A stretch of 63,559 nt of DNA, from the NCBI GenBank assembly GCA_036522635.1, contig DATDFM010000071.1, positions 1 to 63,559 on the forward strand, written 5' to 3'. The position numbers were made by a program, and so were the translations under genes. Origin of the DNA: Candidatus Udaeobacter sp. (GTDB lineage Bacteria; Verrucomicrobiota; Verrucomicrobiia; Chthoniobacterales; UBA10450). A model generated the notes under the pieces. It saw only the letters and a list, made by a program, of their open reading frames with translations, had not been told where the DNA came from and did no database searches. This document shows, in pieces, positions 1 to 8,789 of the stretch; the stretch's first letter is position 1; the number at the start of each line of letters is the position of its first letter.

Positions 1-279
1 GGGATATTTCCCATCTGAAAAGTAATCGGGCGGAAATACGAACTCCGGCGAAGCGTAAGGAACAATCCAGTTCAGCGTTTCTTCCTTTGGTCGATCGAAA
101 CTATGCGGAATCTGGCCATGCGAATATTGGGTGATGAGATCGAAATGCAGATTCTCATCAATGTTGCTGAAGAATGGGAATGCTGCCGAGAAAATGAAAA
201 CACGGAATGCAGCGACGGCGCAGAGCATCAGAATGAGAAATCGCTCATTCCTGGACGAATTTGATTCTGCAGACGTCAT
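1..279 (-). CDS. Partial CDS (N-terminal part, runs off the left window edge): hypothetical membrane protein
   Basis: Own translation of the minus strand: ATG at 279-277, then MTSAESNSSRNERFLILMLCAVAAFRVFIFSAAFPFFSNIDENLHFDLITQYSHGQIPHSFDRPKEETLNWIVPYASPEFVFPPDYFSDGKYP, open through position 1 (93 codons). Hydrophobic segment near the N-terminus. Absent from the ORF track because no stop lies inside the window. Confidence 0.4.
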   Translation of the reverse strand, partial: MTSAESNSSRNERFLILMLCAVAAFRVFIFSAAFPFFSNIDENLHFDLITQYSHGQIPHSFDRPKEETLNWIVPYASPEFVFPPDYFSDGKYP

Positions 280-417
280 CGCAGTTGACCTGCAAGATAA
301 AAGCGGCGCAGCAGCGCCGCACTCCAAAAGCTTTCGCGAGAACTAAACGGCTTATTCAGATTTCGCACGAAGTGGTTCGAGAATGCAACGTGTCCTCGCG
401 TCGCTTTGATTTTTCCC

Positions 418-452
418 AAAAAAAAGCGGCGGTCGCGTTCGACCGCCGCTTT
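418..452 (-). terminator. Rho-independent terminator downstream of the redoxin gene (A-run on one side and T-run on the other, so possibly bidirectional)
   Basis: GCGGCGGTCG (425-434) / CGACCGCCGC (439-448) form a perfect 10-bp GC-rich stem with a 4-nt loop. On the minus strand the stem is followed by TTTTTTT (424-418). Confidence 0.8.
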
Positions 453-477
453 GAAAGTTTCAAATTCTGCCAGGCTG

Positions 478-1092
478 CTATGACGATTTGTATTTAACCG
501 AGCAACCGTACGGCTTTGTCTCTGGAGTCGCGACGGATTTGCCTGCTAATGATTGCTCCAGCGCCGCCTTCACGTAATTCGTGGAGCTTGGGATATCAGA
601 CGGGTTTGGAGTGGCTTTGCTGTCAATTGCACCGTGATAGACAATTTTTCCGTCTGGGTTGATGACGACCATGTTTGGGGTGTTTTTCGCACCGTAAGCG
701 CGGCCCGCATTGCCTTCGGGATCCAGCAGCAGCGCGGTTTCATGCGTCTTCCAAGACGTCACGATTTTTTGCGCCTCCTCCGGCGTCAGACTTCCTTCCG
801 TGCCGGGGGCATTGGAATCGATAGTTAACCAGACAACACCTTTGTCGGTGAACTCCTTCTGCAGGTTTTGCATGTTGCTGCTGCCGTAATGCTTTTTCAC
901 AAACGGGCATTGCGGATTAAACCATTCGAGCACGACGTACTTGCCCTTGTATTGCGACAATGAATGCGTTGTTCCTTTTGCGTCCGGCAATGAAAAATCC
1001 GGCGCAGAGCTGCCAACCGATGGTACATCGGCGGCAAAAACAGCGGTTCCAATCAAGGATGCAAGAGTGGTTAAGAATATTTTCGTGTTCAT
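478..1092 (-). CDS. Secreted thioredoxin-fold redoxin (AhpC/TSA-TlpA-like family)
   Basis: 204-aa ORF with signal peptide MNTKIFLTTLASLIGTAVFA. Thioredoxin-fold active-site region EWFNPQCPFVKKHY has a single Cys. Lies next to a DsbD/ScsB-type reductase. Confidence 0.75.
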   Translation of the reverse strand: MNTKIFLTTLASLIGTAVFAADVPSVGSSAPDFSLPDAKGTTHSLSQYKGKYVVLEWFNPQCPFVKKHYGSSNMQNLQKEFTDKGVVWLTIDSNAPGTEGSLTPEEAQKIVTSWKTHETALLLDPEGNAGRAYGAKNTPNMVVINPDGKIVYHGAIDSKATPNPSDIPSSTNYVKAALEQSLAGKSVATPETKPYGCSVKYKSS

Positions 1093-1200
1093 ATGAGCTA
1101 TTAGAAAACGGAGTTGCTAAGACGTTTAATGTTCTTGATTCAAAAACATCGTCGCGGCGGCAAAAATTTCAATGTGAACGCTCGATTGTGGGCGCTTCGG

Positions 1201-3354
1201 CTATTGTGACGCGACTTTACTCGCGATAGTTTCAAGCTTCTCCAGGACCATGCCTTTGGTGAGCACTTCCGGGAAAACAATGGGTTCTTCGTTTTTCGCA
1301 GGATAAAGCACGTAGAGCGGAACACCCGGGCGCCCGAACTGCTGCAATATTTTTGTGATCACGGGATCGCCGTTGGTCCAATCCGCTTTCATTTTCACAA
1401 TGCCGTGGCGTTTGAACGCCTCTTGGACATCCTGGGCTTCAAGGACACTGGCTTCATTGAATTTGCAGGTAAGACACCACGCAGCAGTGAAATCAACAAA
1501 AACAGTCCGGCCTTGCTCCAGTTCGTTGTGCAGGCGTTCTGGCGTAAACGGCTGCCAGTCGCCGTGGATCTGCGAATTTGCGGAAGCAATTCTTGTCGAT
1601 TGGAATTTGCCGCCGATGAAGTAGACGCCACCGCCGAGCATGAGCGCGAGCATGAGCACAAGCACGATGCTCCGCTTCACAACTGTTGCGGTTGGAACAA
1701 TGAACGCGCCTTTCATCCAGCATGCGACACTGATCACCAGGAGAAAACAGCTCGCCCAAATCGCTCCTTCCAAGCCGCGTTCTGCGCCGAGCACGTAAAG
1801 CAAAAAGAGCAGTGTCGCCAGTAGCAGAAAACCCATGAACTGTTTTACGTGCACCATCCATGGCCCAGGCCTTGGCAAAAACCGTAACCACGCCGGCTGC
1901 GCGCTCAAAAGCAGATATGGAGCGCTCATGCCAGCAGCGACGGCGATGAACATTGCCAGAATGACCACCGCTGATTGCGTGAACGCGAAGCCCAGCGCGG
2001 TGCCCAGAAATGGTGCCGTGCACGGCGTTGCGAGCACCGTCGCGAACACGCCTTGGAAGAAGGAACCGAGCAAATCCTTGCGCTCGCTGGTCGAAAGCAA
2101 ACTGCGCGTAACGGATTGTGGCAACGAAACCTCAAACACACCGAAGAGATTCAAAGCAAATACGAGCACAATTACGCTCAAGACGAGCACGAAGTATGGA
2201 TTCGTAAATTGAAAACCACCCCAGGTTACGTCACGTCCAGCGCCCTTAAGCGCGATCAGCAGGACCGCCAGGGCCATAAACCACGCAAAAATTCCAACGG
2301 TAAACGCAATGCCACTACGAAAAATTTTTCGACGGCTTTGCCCTGCTTGTTGAACAAAGCCGAAAATCTTCAATGAGATCACCGGCAATACGCACGGCAT
2401 CAAATTCAAAATCAACCCGCCGAGAAACCCAAAGAGAAGGAACATCAAGATTCCGTGCGCCTGTGTCGGCCGGGGCCCTGAAACAGGCGGTGCATTCGTG
2501 ATCTGCCATGCGGCGCGATCATCGCCGTTTGGTTGCTGCGCAAAGACTACGAGGCCTGCCATCGACGACAGGTTCTTCGGCGCCGACTCCAACGGAATAC
2601 GAAACACTATTTCATTATTGTTCCGCGATTGAACCGCGGGATGACCAACAATCGTCTCCTGCTCCGGCAGTGGGAAGAAATCGAGTGCGGGATATTTTGC
2701 CAACATTTCGCTTGTGATTTTCAAGCGAAGATCGGATCCAAACCGGCTCCAATCGACGTGCGCTATGTTCGGGGCCGGAAAGTTTTGCGGAAGCAAACGG
2801 CGATACCGTGCGAAAAGATCGGCGTTCGCTGGCTGATTCGTTGACGCTACAGACAGATCCAACTGCAACGTTGCCCCGCCTGGGATGCAAATTTTTTCGC
2901 AAACCAGCCAGCTTGCTTCAGTCGAAAACTTTACCGGGGAATTGTTCAGGTTCGACGGCGGCGTGATTTCCTGCATTAACAGGATCTCATTTTCGTAGCC
3001 GTAGGTTTCGATATCGCCCGGATCGACGGTTTTCAGCGGAATCGGCCATTGGATGTCGCCGATTTTCCAGCCTGGCGGCAGCTTCCATTTCAGTTCCGTA
3101 GGTAACCCTGCGTCGCCGGAAAATTTCCAGTAAGTGTGCCAGCCCGGAGCCATTCGCAGCAATAAGCCGACGGTGAACGGCTTGCCGGGAACTATCGCGT
3201 TTGTGTCGGCCAGAAGCTCTGACCTAACAACTTCTTTCCCCTGGTAGGTTTGCGCAAAGCCGTTTGGAGCAAGAGCAACCAGCAGCCAGCAGAGCAGCGA
3301 ATAAACAGAAAATGTCGACGCCATTCGCATGAGTTTACGTAACACTCGCCGCAC
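1201..3354 (-). CDS. DsbD/ScsB-family thiol:disulfide interchange (protein-disulfide reductase) membrane protein
   Basis: 717 aa. N-terminal periplasmic domain with LVCEKICIP. Central multi-TM core with PCVLP and TPCTAPF cysteine motifs. C-terminal thioredoxin domain with WCLTCK. The start may be one of the internal Met codons (MRMAST...). Confidence 0.9.
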   Translation of the reverse strand: MRRVLRKLMRMASTFSVYSLLCWLLVALAPNGFAQTYQGKEVVRSELLADTNAIVPGKPFTVGLLLRMAPGWHTYWKFSGDAGLPTELKWKLPPGWKIGDIQWPIPLKTVDPGDIETYGYENEILLMQEITPPSNLNNSPVKFSTEASWLVCEKICIPGGATLQLDLSVASTNQPANADLFARYRRLLPQNFPAPNIAHVDWSRFGSDLRLKITSEMLAKYPALDFFPLPEQETIVGHPAVQSRNNNEIVFRIPLESAPKNLSSMAGLVVFAQQPNGDDRAAWQITNAPPVSGPRPTQAHGILMFLLFGFLGGLILNLMPCVLPVISLKIFGFVQQAGQSRRKIFRSGIAFTVGIFAWFMALAVLLIALKGAGRDVTWGGFQFTNPYFVLVLSVIVLVFALNLFGVFEVSLPQSVTRSLLSTSERKDLLGSFFQGVFATVLATPCTAPFLGTALGFAFTQSAVVILAMFIAVAAGMSAPYLLLSAQPAWLRFLPRPGPWMVHVKQFMGFLLLATLLFLLYVLGAERGLEGAIWASCFLLVISVACWMKGAFIVPTATVVKRSIVLVLMLALMLGGGVYFIGGKFQSTRIASANSQIHGDWQPFTPERLHNELEQGRTVFVDFTAAWCLTCKFNEASVLEAQDVQEAFKRHGIVKMKADWTNGDPVITKILQQFGRPGVPLYVLYPAKNEEPIVFPEVLTKGMVLEKLETIASKVASQ

Positions 3355-3373
3355 TCGACGGCAATTGAGTCAA

Positions 3374-3455
3374 CTGTAGCCACTTCGCTGTGCGAAGCGC
3401 AGCACCAGTCTTTGTATTCACAAACATCACGTCGCCCATAAGGCGACGGCTACAG
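3374..3455. repeat. GTAG...CTAC REPIN-like structured intergenic element (82 nt)
   Basis: CTGTAGCC (3374-3381) pairs with GGCTACAG (3448-3455). Three internal hairpins: CTTCGC-tgt-GCGAAG, TTTGT-attc-ACAAA, GTCGCC-cataa-GGCGAC. Same architecture as 40087-40163. Confidence 0.7.
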
Positions 3456-3457
3456 CC

Positions 3458-3991
3458 CTACGGCACAATAAAAATCTTATCAGTCCAGGGATCTTTAACT
3501 TTGGTGCCCGGCGTGTAACCACTCACGTCAACGTATCTGCCGCTGGAATCAAATGGGCTAAACACGTATCCCGGCTTGTCTGGCACTGCCTTCGCTGTTG
3601 GGAATGCGGAAGTAGAGGACGCTTCCGACGGCGGTTTTGATTGGGACTGCGTGGTTTCACTGTAAGCGACCGGCGGAGTTCTTTTGGCAGGCTTTTGCGA
3701 CTTTATCGTCCCTGTTTTTGGTGGTGGCTGCGGTGCCGATGCCACCTGTGTCGACGGGGCAGAGTGACCGGGCTGGGTGACATCGGATTCGATTGCATCC
3801 GTCGTCCCGACCATGGTTGGCTCGTTACTATGGCGCCGCAGAGCGTAGTGCACCGGCGCGGTCGCAACGCGATAAGAACCAACCGCAACATCTCGTGTAA
3901 CATGGTACGAACTCACCGCCACATTGCGGGTAGTTCCGCACCCGGCGAGTAAAACCGCCCCTAAAACCGTTGCTCGTTCAAGTAGGTTCAT
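3458..3991 (-). CDS. Hypothetical lipoprotein
   Basis: 177 aa. Lipobox in MNLLERATVLGAVLLAGCGT. Pro/Ser/Thr-rich linker. C-terminal PGYVFSPFDSSGRYVDVSGYTPGTKVKDPWTDKIFIVP module. Confidence 0.7.
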   Translation of the reverse strand: MNLLERATVLGAVLLAGCGTTRNVAVSSYHVTRDVAVGSYRVATAPVHYALRRHSNEPTMVGTTDAIESDVTQPGHSAPSTQVASAPQPPPKTGTIKSQKPAKRTPPVAYSETTQSQSKPPSEASSTSAFPTAKAVPDKPGYVFSPFDSSGRYVDVSGYTPGTKVKDPWTDKIFIVP

Positions 3992-4028
3992 TTCGTTGGT
4001 AAGATCGTTCCTAGTGCAATTCGTTCAA

Positions 4029-5069
4029 TCATTTATTGGCCACAAGATCCCCAACCAGCATTGCAATGTCCGCTTTAGTGGTCGACCACGAGCACATCAA
4101 ACGGTAGATGTCCGGTTCCACGAATTTATAGAAACGCCAGCCTCGCGCGTGCAGACAATTTACGAGTTGATCCTGTAACTGCACGAACACGGCATTCGAC
4201 TCCACCGGAAATACATTTTCCACCTGTGCCTCCATTCGAAGGCGCTCAGCGAGCTCACGGGCCGCCTGATTAGCGTGCTGCGCATTTTGCAGCCAGACGT
4301 CTCGGTTCAACAATCCCAACCACGGAGCAGCCAGATAGCGCATTTTCGAGCCAAGATGCCCAGCTTGTTTCACTCGATATTGAAAATCGTGTGAGGAGTC
4401 TTTGTTGAAGAAAATAACCAGCTCGCCCGCCGCCAGACCATTTTTGGTTGCACCAAAACTGAGTACATCTACGCCCGCTTTCCAAGTGATCATCTTCGGG
4501 GCGCAGCGAAGCGATGCCACGGCGTTGGCAAAACGTGCACCATCCATGTGAAGCAACATTTTGGATGTGCGCGCAAACGCGCCAATCGCCTCAACTTCAT
4601 CCGGCGTGTAAACCGTTCCGAGCTCGGTGGCCTGTGCGATGCTGATAGCCCGCATCATGTGCCCGTGCAGCTCGACCTGTTCGGCGACGAGTTTTTTTGC
4701 CTCGTTCAAATCGATCTTTCCGTTGTTCGTTCTCGTTAGAAACAGTTTCGCTCCCCGCGTATAAAACTCCATTGCACCGGCCTCATCCGTCTGGATATGG
4801 GCTCGCTCATGACAGATCACGCCATGAAAAGGTTGACAAACCTGAGCGAAGCCGAGCGCGTTCGCGCCGGTGCCGGTGAACACAAAATAAACGTCGCAAT
4901 CGACTTCGAATAAGTCCCGAATGCGTTCGCAGACCTTCGCCGTCCACTCATCCTCGCCGTATGAGGGCGCATAATCGGCATTCGCTTGCTCCAAGGCTGC
5001 CCACGCCTCAGGACAAATCCCGGCCGTGTTGTCACTGGCAAACTGGTGACGAATCGTGTCGACGCGCAT
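4029..5069 (-). CDS. ltaE: Low-specificity L-threonine aldolase (beta-eliminating lyase/PLP fold type I)
   Basis: FASDNTAGICPEAW N-terminal motif and LSFGATKNG PLP-lysine region. The ORF is open up to 5111, but Met at 5069 (MRVDTIRHQF) matches the usual N-terminus. Confidence 0.8.
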   Translation of the reverse strand: MRVDTIRHQFASDNTAGICPEAWAALEQANADYAPSYGEDEWTAKVCERIRDLFEVDCDVYFVFTGTGANALGFAQVCQPFHGVICHERAHIQTDEAGAMEFYTRGAKLFLTRTNNGKIDLNEAKKLVAEQVELHGHMMRAISIAQATELGTVYTPDEVEAIGAFARTSKMLLHMDGARFANAVASLRCAPKMITWKAGVDVLSFGATKNGLAAGELVIFFNKDSSHDFQYRVKQAGHLGSKMRYLAAPWLGLLNRDVWLQNAQHANQAARELAERLRMEAQVENVFPVESNAVFVQLQDQLVNCLHARGWRFYKFVEPDIYRLMCSWSTTKADIAMLVGDLVANK

Positions 5070-5318
5070 CGGGGCTTTATTACGCTGGTTTTGCCGACTG
5101 ACAATTAGCACAAAGAGATTGCCTGACAGCGGAGCCCTGGGCCTCCGATTCTGCCAGGCAAATTCTTTCCCTTTTCGCTCCTTGAATTGCGTACAGTAGT
5201 TTCATTTTTATTTCGAAGTGGCCCTCCCGGGTGAGCGTGTTTCCCAGCAAATTTGCACCGAGAACATCATTTTCTCTTGCGTTTTGCCTAACGCGCGGCG
5301 GCAGACTAACCTTCGCCA

Positions 5319-8300
5319 ATGAGATCGCTCCAGAGCGACGTCGAGCGGCGCGGCACGCGTATTTTTGAGCTGGTCGACAAGCATCCGGAGCGACTTTTCA
5401 GCAAGGCCGGCTTCTATCAGCGTCTGATGTCGCTTTCGATGCATGACGAGCGATTCAAGACGCAACTGTTTCAATTTGTCGCAGTTCTGCCGTCACTGCG
5501 CCGATCAAGTGAGATTATTCAGCATCTCGAAGAATATTTCAGTGGTAGCAACAATGGGTTCTCCCCGCTCGTTGGAATGGGGATTCGTGCGGCGCGGCTG
5601 ATTCCATGGGTCAGTGCTCCCGTGCTACGCTGGAACGTTTCCGAAATGGCTCGCCAGTTTATTGCGGGACGAAATGGAAATGACGTCATCGCAACATTAC
5701 GCAAGCGACGGGGACAAAAAATTGGGTTCACAGTAGATGTTCTGGGAGAAGCTGTTGTGAGCGAAGCCGAGGCGGATGAACACGCAGCATTTTACGGCGA
5801 TTTATTGGAGAAATTAGCCCGTGAAACTAGCGGATGGACAGACCCACTCGGAAAAAGCGTGGAGCTTTTCCCGGTTGTAAATCTGTCGGTCAAAATTTCC
5901 GCCCTGTATTCCCAAATCAGTCCGGCTGCTCCCGCGGATGCGATTGCCCATGTCAGCACCAGGCTCACGCCGCTTCTCCGGCGCGCACGCGAGGTAGGCG
6001 CGTTTATCAATGTCGACATGGAGAGTTATGCGCTCAAAAATACCACGCTCGAGTTGTTCAAAACCATTTTGACCGAGCCGGAGTTTAAGGATTGGCCACA
6101 TGCCGGGATTGTGATCCAAGCTTATTTGCGGGATTCAGAAGCCGACTTGCGCGATCTGATCGAATGGGGACGTGCACGGGGTACTCGCTTTGCTGTCCGA
6201 CTGGTGAAAGGCGCATACTGGGATTACGAGACGACGAAATCGGGTCAGAATGGATCGACTCCTCCGGTCTTTCTTCAAAAGGCAGAGAGCGACGCGAATT
6301 TCGAAAAGCTTACGCGTGTGCTTTTTGAAAATAATTCTGTGGTCACCCCTGCATTTGGATCGCATAACGTCCGAAGCATCGCGCACGCGCAAGCGGTCGC
6401 GGATGAGCTTGGCATTGATCCAGGCCGATTCGAGTTCCAATTGCTTTACGGCATGGCGGGTCCAATCAAGCGCGCACTGGTGGATATGGGGTATCGCGTG
6501 CGGGAATATTGCCCGGTGGGCGAGCTATTGCCCGGCATGGCTTATTTGGTTCGACGCCTGCTCGAAAACACGTCGAACGAAGGATTTTTACGCGCAAAAT
6601 TTGCGGAGAACGTGCCGGCGAAAGAATTACTGCGCGATCCAAAAGAGCTCATCAAACCTGCTGTAACGCGGATCGATAATTCGCATCGCCTCAATGCATC
6701 GAATCAAAAAAATGATGCTTCACTTAACGCAACAGCTGGCCATAGTTTCCGAAACGCACCGCTTGTGAGCTTTATTTACAAAGATAATCAGGACAAAATG
6801 CAAGGCGCTTTGCGCGAAGTGCGAAAGCGCCTGGGCGAAAAATATCCCTTGTACATCGGAGGCGAAAAGATTTTAACCGATAATCTGACGCCTTCGGTTA
6901 ATCCCGCCGAGCCGACTGAGATTGTGGGCTACGGAACCGAGGCCGGCATCGACGAAGCCGAGCGTGCGGTAAAGGCTGCGCGCGCAGCATTCGAGAAATG
7001 GAGATGGACGTCAGTCGAGGAACGGGCCCGGTTGCTGGAGCGCGCGGCCGACATCCTGGAGCGCAGGCGCTATGAACTCTCGGCCGTAGAAGTCTTCGAA
7101 GTCGGAAAGTCATGGTCTGAAGCCGACGGCGACATCCGCGAAGCGATCGATTTCTGCACCTTCTATGCACAGCAAATGCGACGCCTCGGGCGCCCAAAAC
7201 TTACCCAGCAGGTGCCGGGCGAAGAAAGTTATCACCATTATTTGCCGCGTGGCGTCGCTTTCGTGATCGCGCCATGGAATTTTCCAATCGCGATTCTCTG
7301 CGGCATGGCGGCGGCTGGAGTTGTCACCGGAAACGCCGTCATCATGAAGCCGTCCGAGCAATCGATTGTCTGCGGCGCGATGCTCATGCAAGTGTTCGAG
7401 GAAGCAGGCGTCCCACCCGGCGTCTTGAATTTCTTGTCGGGGCACGGCTCGGTAATCGGCGCGCATTTGGTCGATCACAAGGACGTCGATTTAGTCGCCT
7501 TCACCGGTTCGCGCGAAGTCGGTCTGAAAATTTGGGAGTCGGCCGGAATCACTCGGCCCGGTCAACGAGAGTTGAAGAGAGTGATTTGTGAGATGGGCGG
7601 AAAAAATGCCATGATCGTTGACGCCGATGCCGACCTCGATGAGACGATCATGTATTCAATTTATGCCGCGTTCGGTTTTCAGGGACAAAAGTGTTCGGCG
7701 CTCTCACGCCTGATTCTGCTCGAGGAAAATTATGATCGCGTGATGGAACGTCTAATTCCGGCCGCAGCCAGTCTGCGAGTCGGCAATCCCGCGGAACCAG
7801 GCATCATGGTTGGTCCCGTTATCGATGAACCTGCATACCGGCGAATTCTGGAATACATCGAGATCGGGAAAAAGGAGGCCAAACTCGCGTATCAGGCAAA
7901 GGAAGTCCCGCCGCATGGATATTTTATTCCACCGACAATATTTACGGATGTAAAACCGAACATGCGCATCGCGCGTGAAGAAATTTTTGGTCCGGTGCTG
8001 AGTGTGTTGAAAGTGCGCGACCTCGACGAAGCTCTCGAAGTCGCGAACGGAACCGACTATGCGTTGACCGGCGGCTTTTTCTCGCGCAGTCCTGATAACA
8101 TCGACCGGGTAAAAGCCCGACTGGAAGCGGGCAACGTTTACATCAATCGCTCGTGCACGGGCGCAATCGTTGGGCGTCATCCGTTTGGCGGATTTAAAAT
8201 GAGCGGCGGCGGCACGAAAGCCGGTGGCGAAGATTATCTTCTGAACTTCCTTGTGCCGCGTGTAGTGACCGAAAACACGAGCCGCCATGGCTTGGCTCCG

Positions 8301-8354
8301 GAAAAATCGCCCGAGTACCGCGACGAGTTTCTCTGGCCTAAACCGCGGCAGTAA
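5319..8354 (+). CDS. putA: Bifunctional proline dehydrogenase / L-glutamate gamma-semialdehyde (P5C) dehydrogenase
   Basis: 1011 aa. N-terminal PRODH barrel (VRLVKGAYWDYE). C-terminal aldehyde dehydrogenase with VICEMGGKNA and FGFQGQKCSA (catalytic Cys). Confidence 0.92.
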   Translation: MRSLQSDVERRGTRIFELVDKHPERLFSKAGFYQRLMSLSMHDERFKTQLFQFVAVLPSLRRSSEIIQHLEEYFSGSNNGFSPLVGMGIRAARLIPWVSAPVLRWNVSEMARQFIAGRNGNDVIATLRKRRGQKIGFTVDVLGEAVVSEAEADEHAAFYGDLLEKLARETSGWTDPLGKSVELFPVVNLSVKISALYSQISPAAPADAIAHVSTRLTPLLRRAREVGAFINVDMESYALKNTTLELFKTILTEPEFKDWPHAGIVIQAYLRDSEADLRDLIEWGRARGTRFAVRLVKGAYWDYETTKSGQNGSTPPVFLQKAESDANFEKLTRVLFENNSVVTPAFGSHNVRSIAHAQAVADELGIDPGRFEFQLLYGMAGPIKRALVDMGYRVREYCPVGELLPGMAYLVRRLLENTSNEGFLRAKFAENVPAKELLRDPKELIKPAVTRIDNSHRLNASNQKNDASLNATAGHSFRNAPLVSFIYKDNQDKMQGALREVRKRLGEKYPLYIGGEKILTDNLTPSVNPAEPTEIVGYGTEAGIDEAERAVKAARAAFEKWRWTSVEERARLLERAADILERRRYELSAVEVFEVGKSWSEADGDIREAIDFCTFYAQQMRRLGRPKLTQQVPGEESYHHYLPRGVAFVIAPWNFPIAILCGMAAAGVVTGNAVIMKPSEQSIVCGAMLMQVFEEAGVPPGVLNFLSGHGSVIGAHLVDHKDVDLVAFTGSREVGLKIWESAGITRPGQRELKRVICEMGGKNAMIVDADADLDETIMYSIYAAFGFQGQKCSALSRLILLEENYDRVMERLIPAAASLRVGNPAEPGIMVGPVIDEPAYRRILEYIEIGKKEAKLAYQAKEVPPHGYFIPPTIFTDVKPNMRIAREEIFGPVLSVLKVRDLDEALEVANGTDYALTGGFFSRSPDNIDRVKARLEAGNVYINRSCTGAIVGRHPFGGFKMSGGGTKAGGEDYLLNFLVPRVVTENTSRHGLAPEKSPEYRDEFLWPKPRQ

Positions 8355-8375
8355 GCGCTCGGAAGAGCGGCAGAA

Positions 8376-8669
8376 TCAAGTCAACGGCCGGCCTTTGCTG
8401 AGCAACTTCACAACCGTCACGATCATGTAGACCACCGGCCAGGCTGAGGTGAGAACAATCACAGCAAACGCCGCCATTTCCCGTGCACGTTCACGCGCCG
8501 CTTCCATCCGGTATTCCCGTCCTAGATCAAAAAGATGCCTGAATCGCGACCTGTCTTCTCCGTCGGAAGACCAGAAATGGCCGCGCCATTGACTGAAACC
8601 CGAATGAAAAAAATAATCCGTTTGCGGAAAGCGTCCCTTGCCGCCCATGGAAGGAGTCCTCGGTTTCAT
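8376..8669 (-). CDS. Hypothetical small protein with C-terminal TM helix
   Basis: 97-aa ORF. Single hydrophobic segment AAFAVIVLTSAWPVVYMIVTVV. No recognisable family. Confidence 0.4.
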   Translation of the reverse strand: MKPRTPSMGGKGRFPQTDYFFHSGFSQWRGHFWSSDGEDRSRFRHLFDLGREYRMEAARERAREMAAFAVIVLTSAWPVVYMIVTVVKLLSKGRPLT

Positions 8670-8789
8670 AGACTCTGACCGAATAATTGGTTTGGAACCA
8701 CGAACACAATACCACGTTCAAAAATTCAATCAGCCTGAAAAAATAACTTTCCGATTGCAACGAACCCGCGACAAACTCTAGACGCAACG

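Noticed and set aside
131-497. ORFs 131-346 (+) and 261-497 (+)
   Set aside because: The first is antisense to a better minus-strand ORF that runs off the window edge. The second spans a strong terminator hairpin and intergenic DNA. Both have odd compositions.
5125-5170. Inverted repeat TTGCCTGACAG...CTGCCAGGCAA upstream of the threonine aldolase and putA genes, as a regulator site
   Set aside because: It is a single imperfect hairpin in a divergent promoter region, is not repeated elsewhere in the window and matches no known operator. The evidence is too weak to call.
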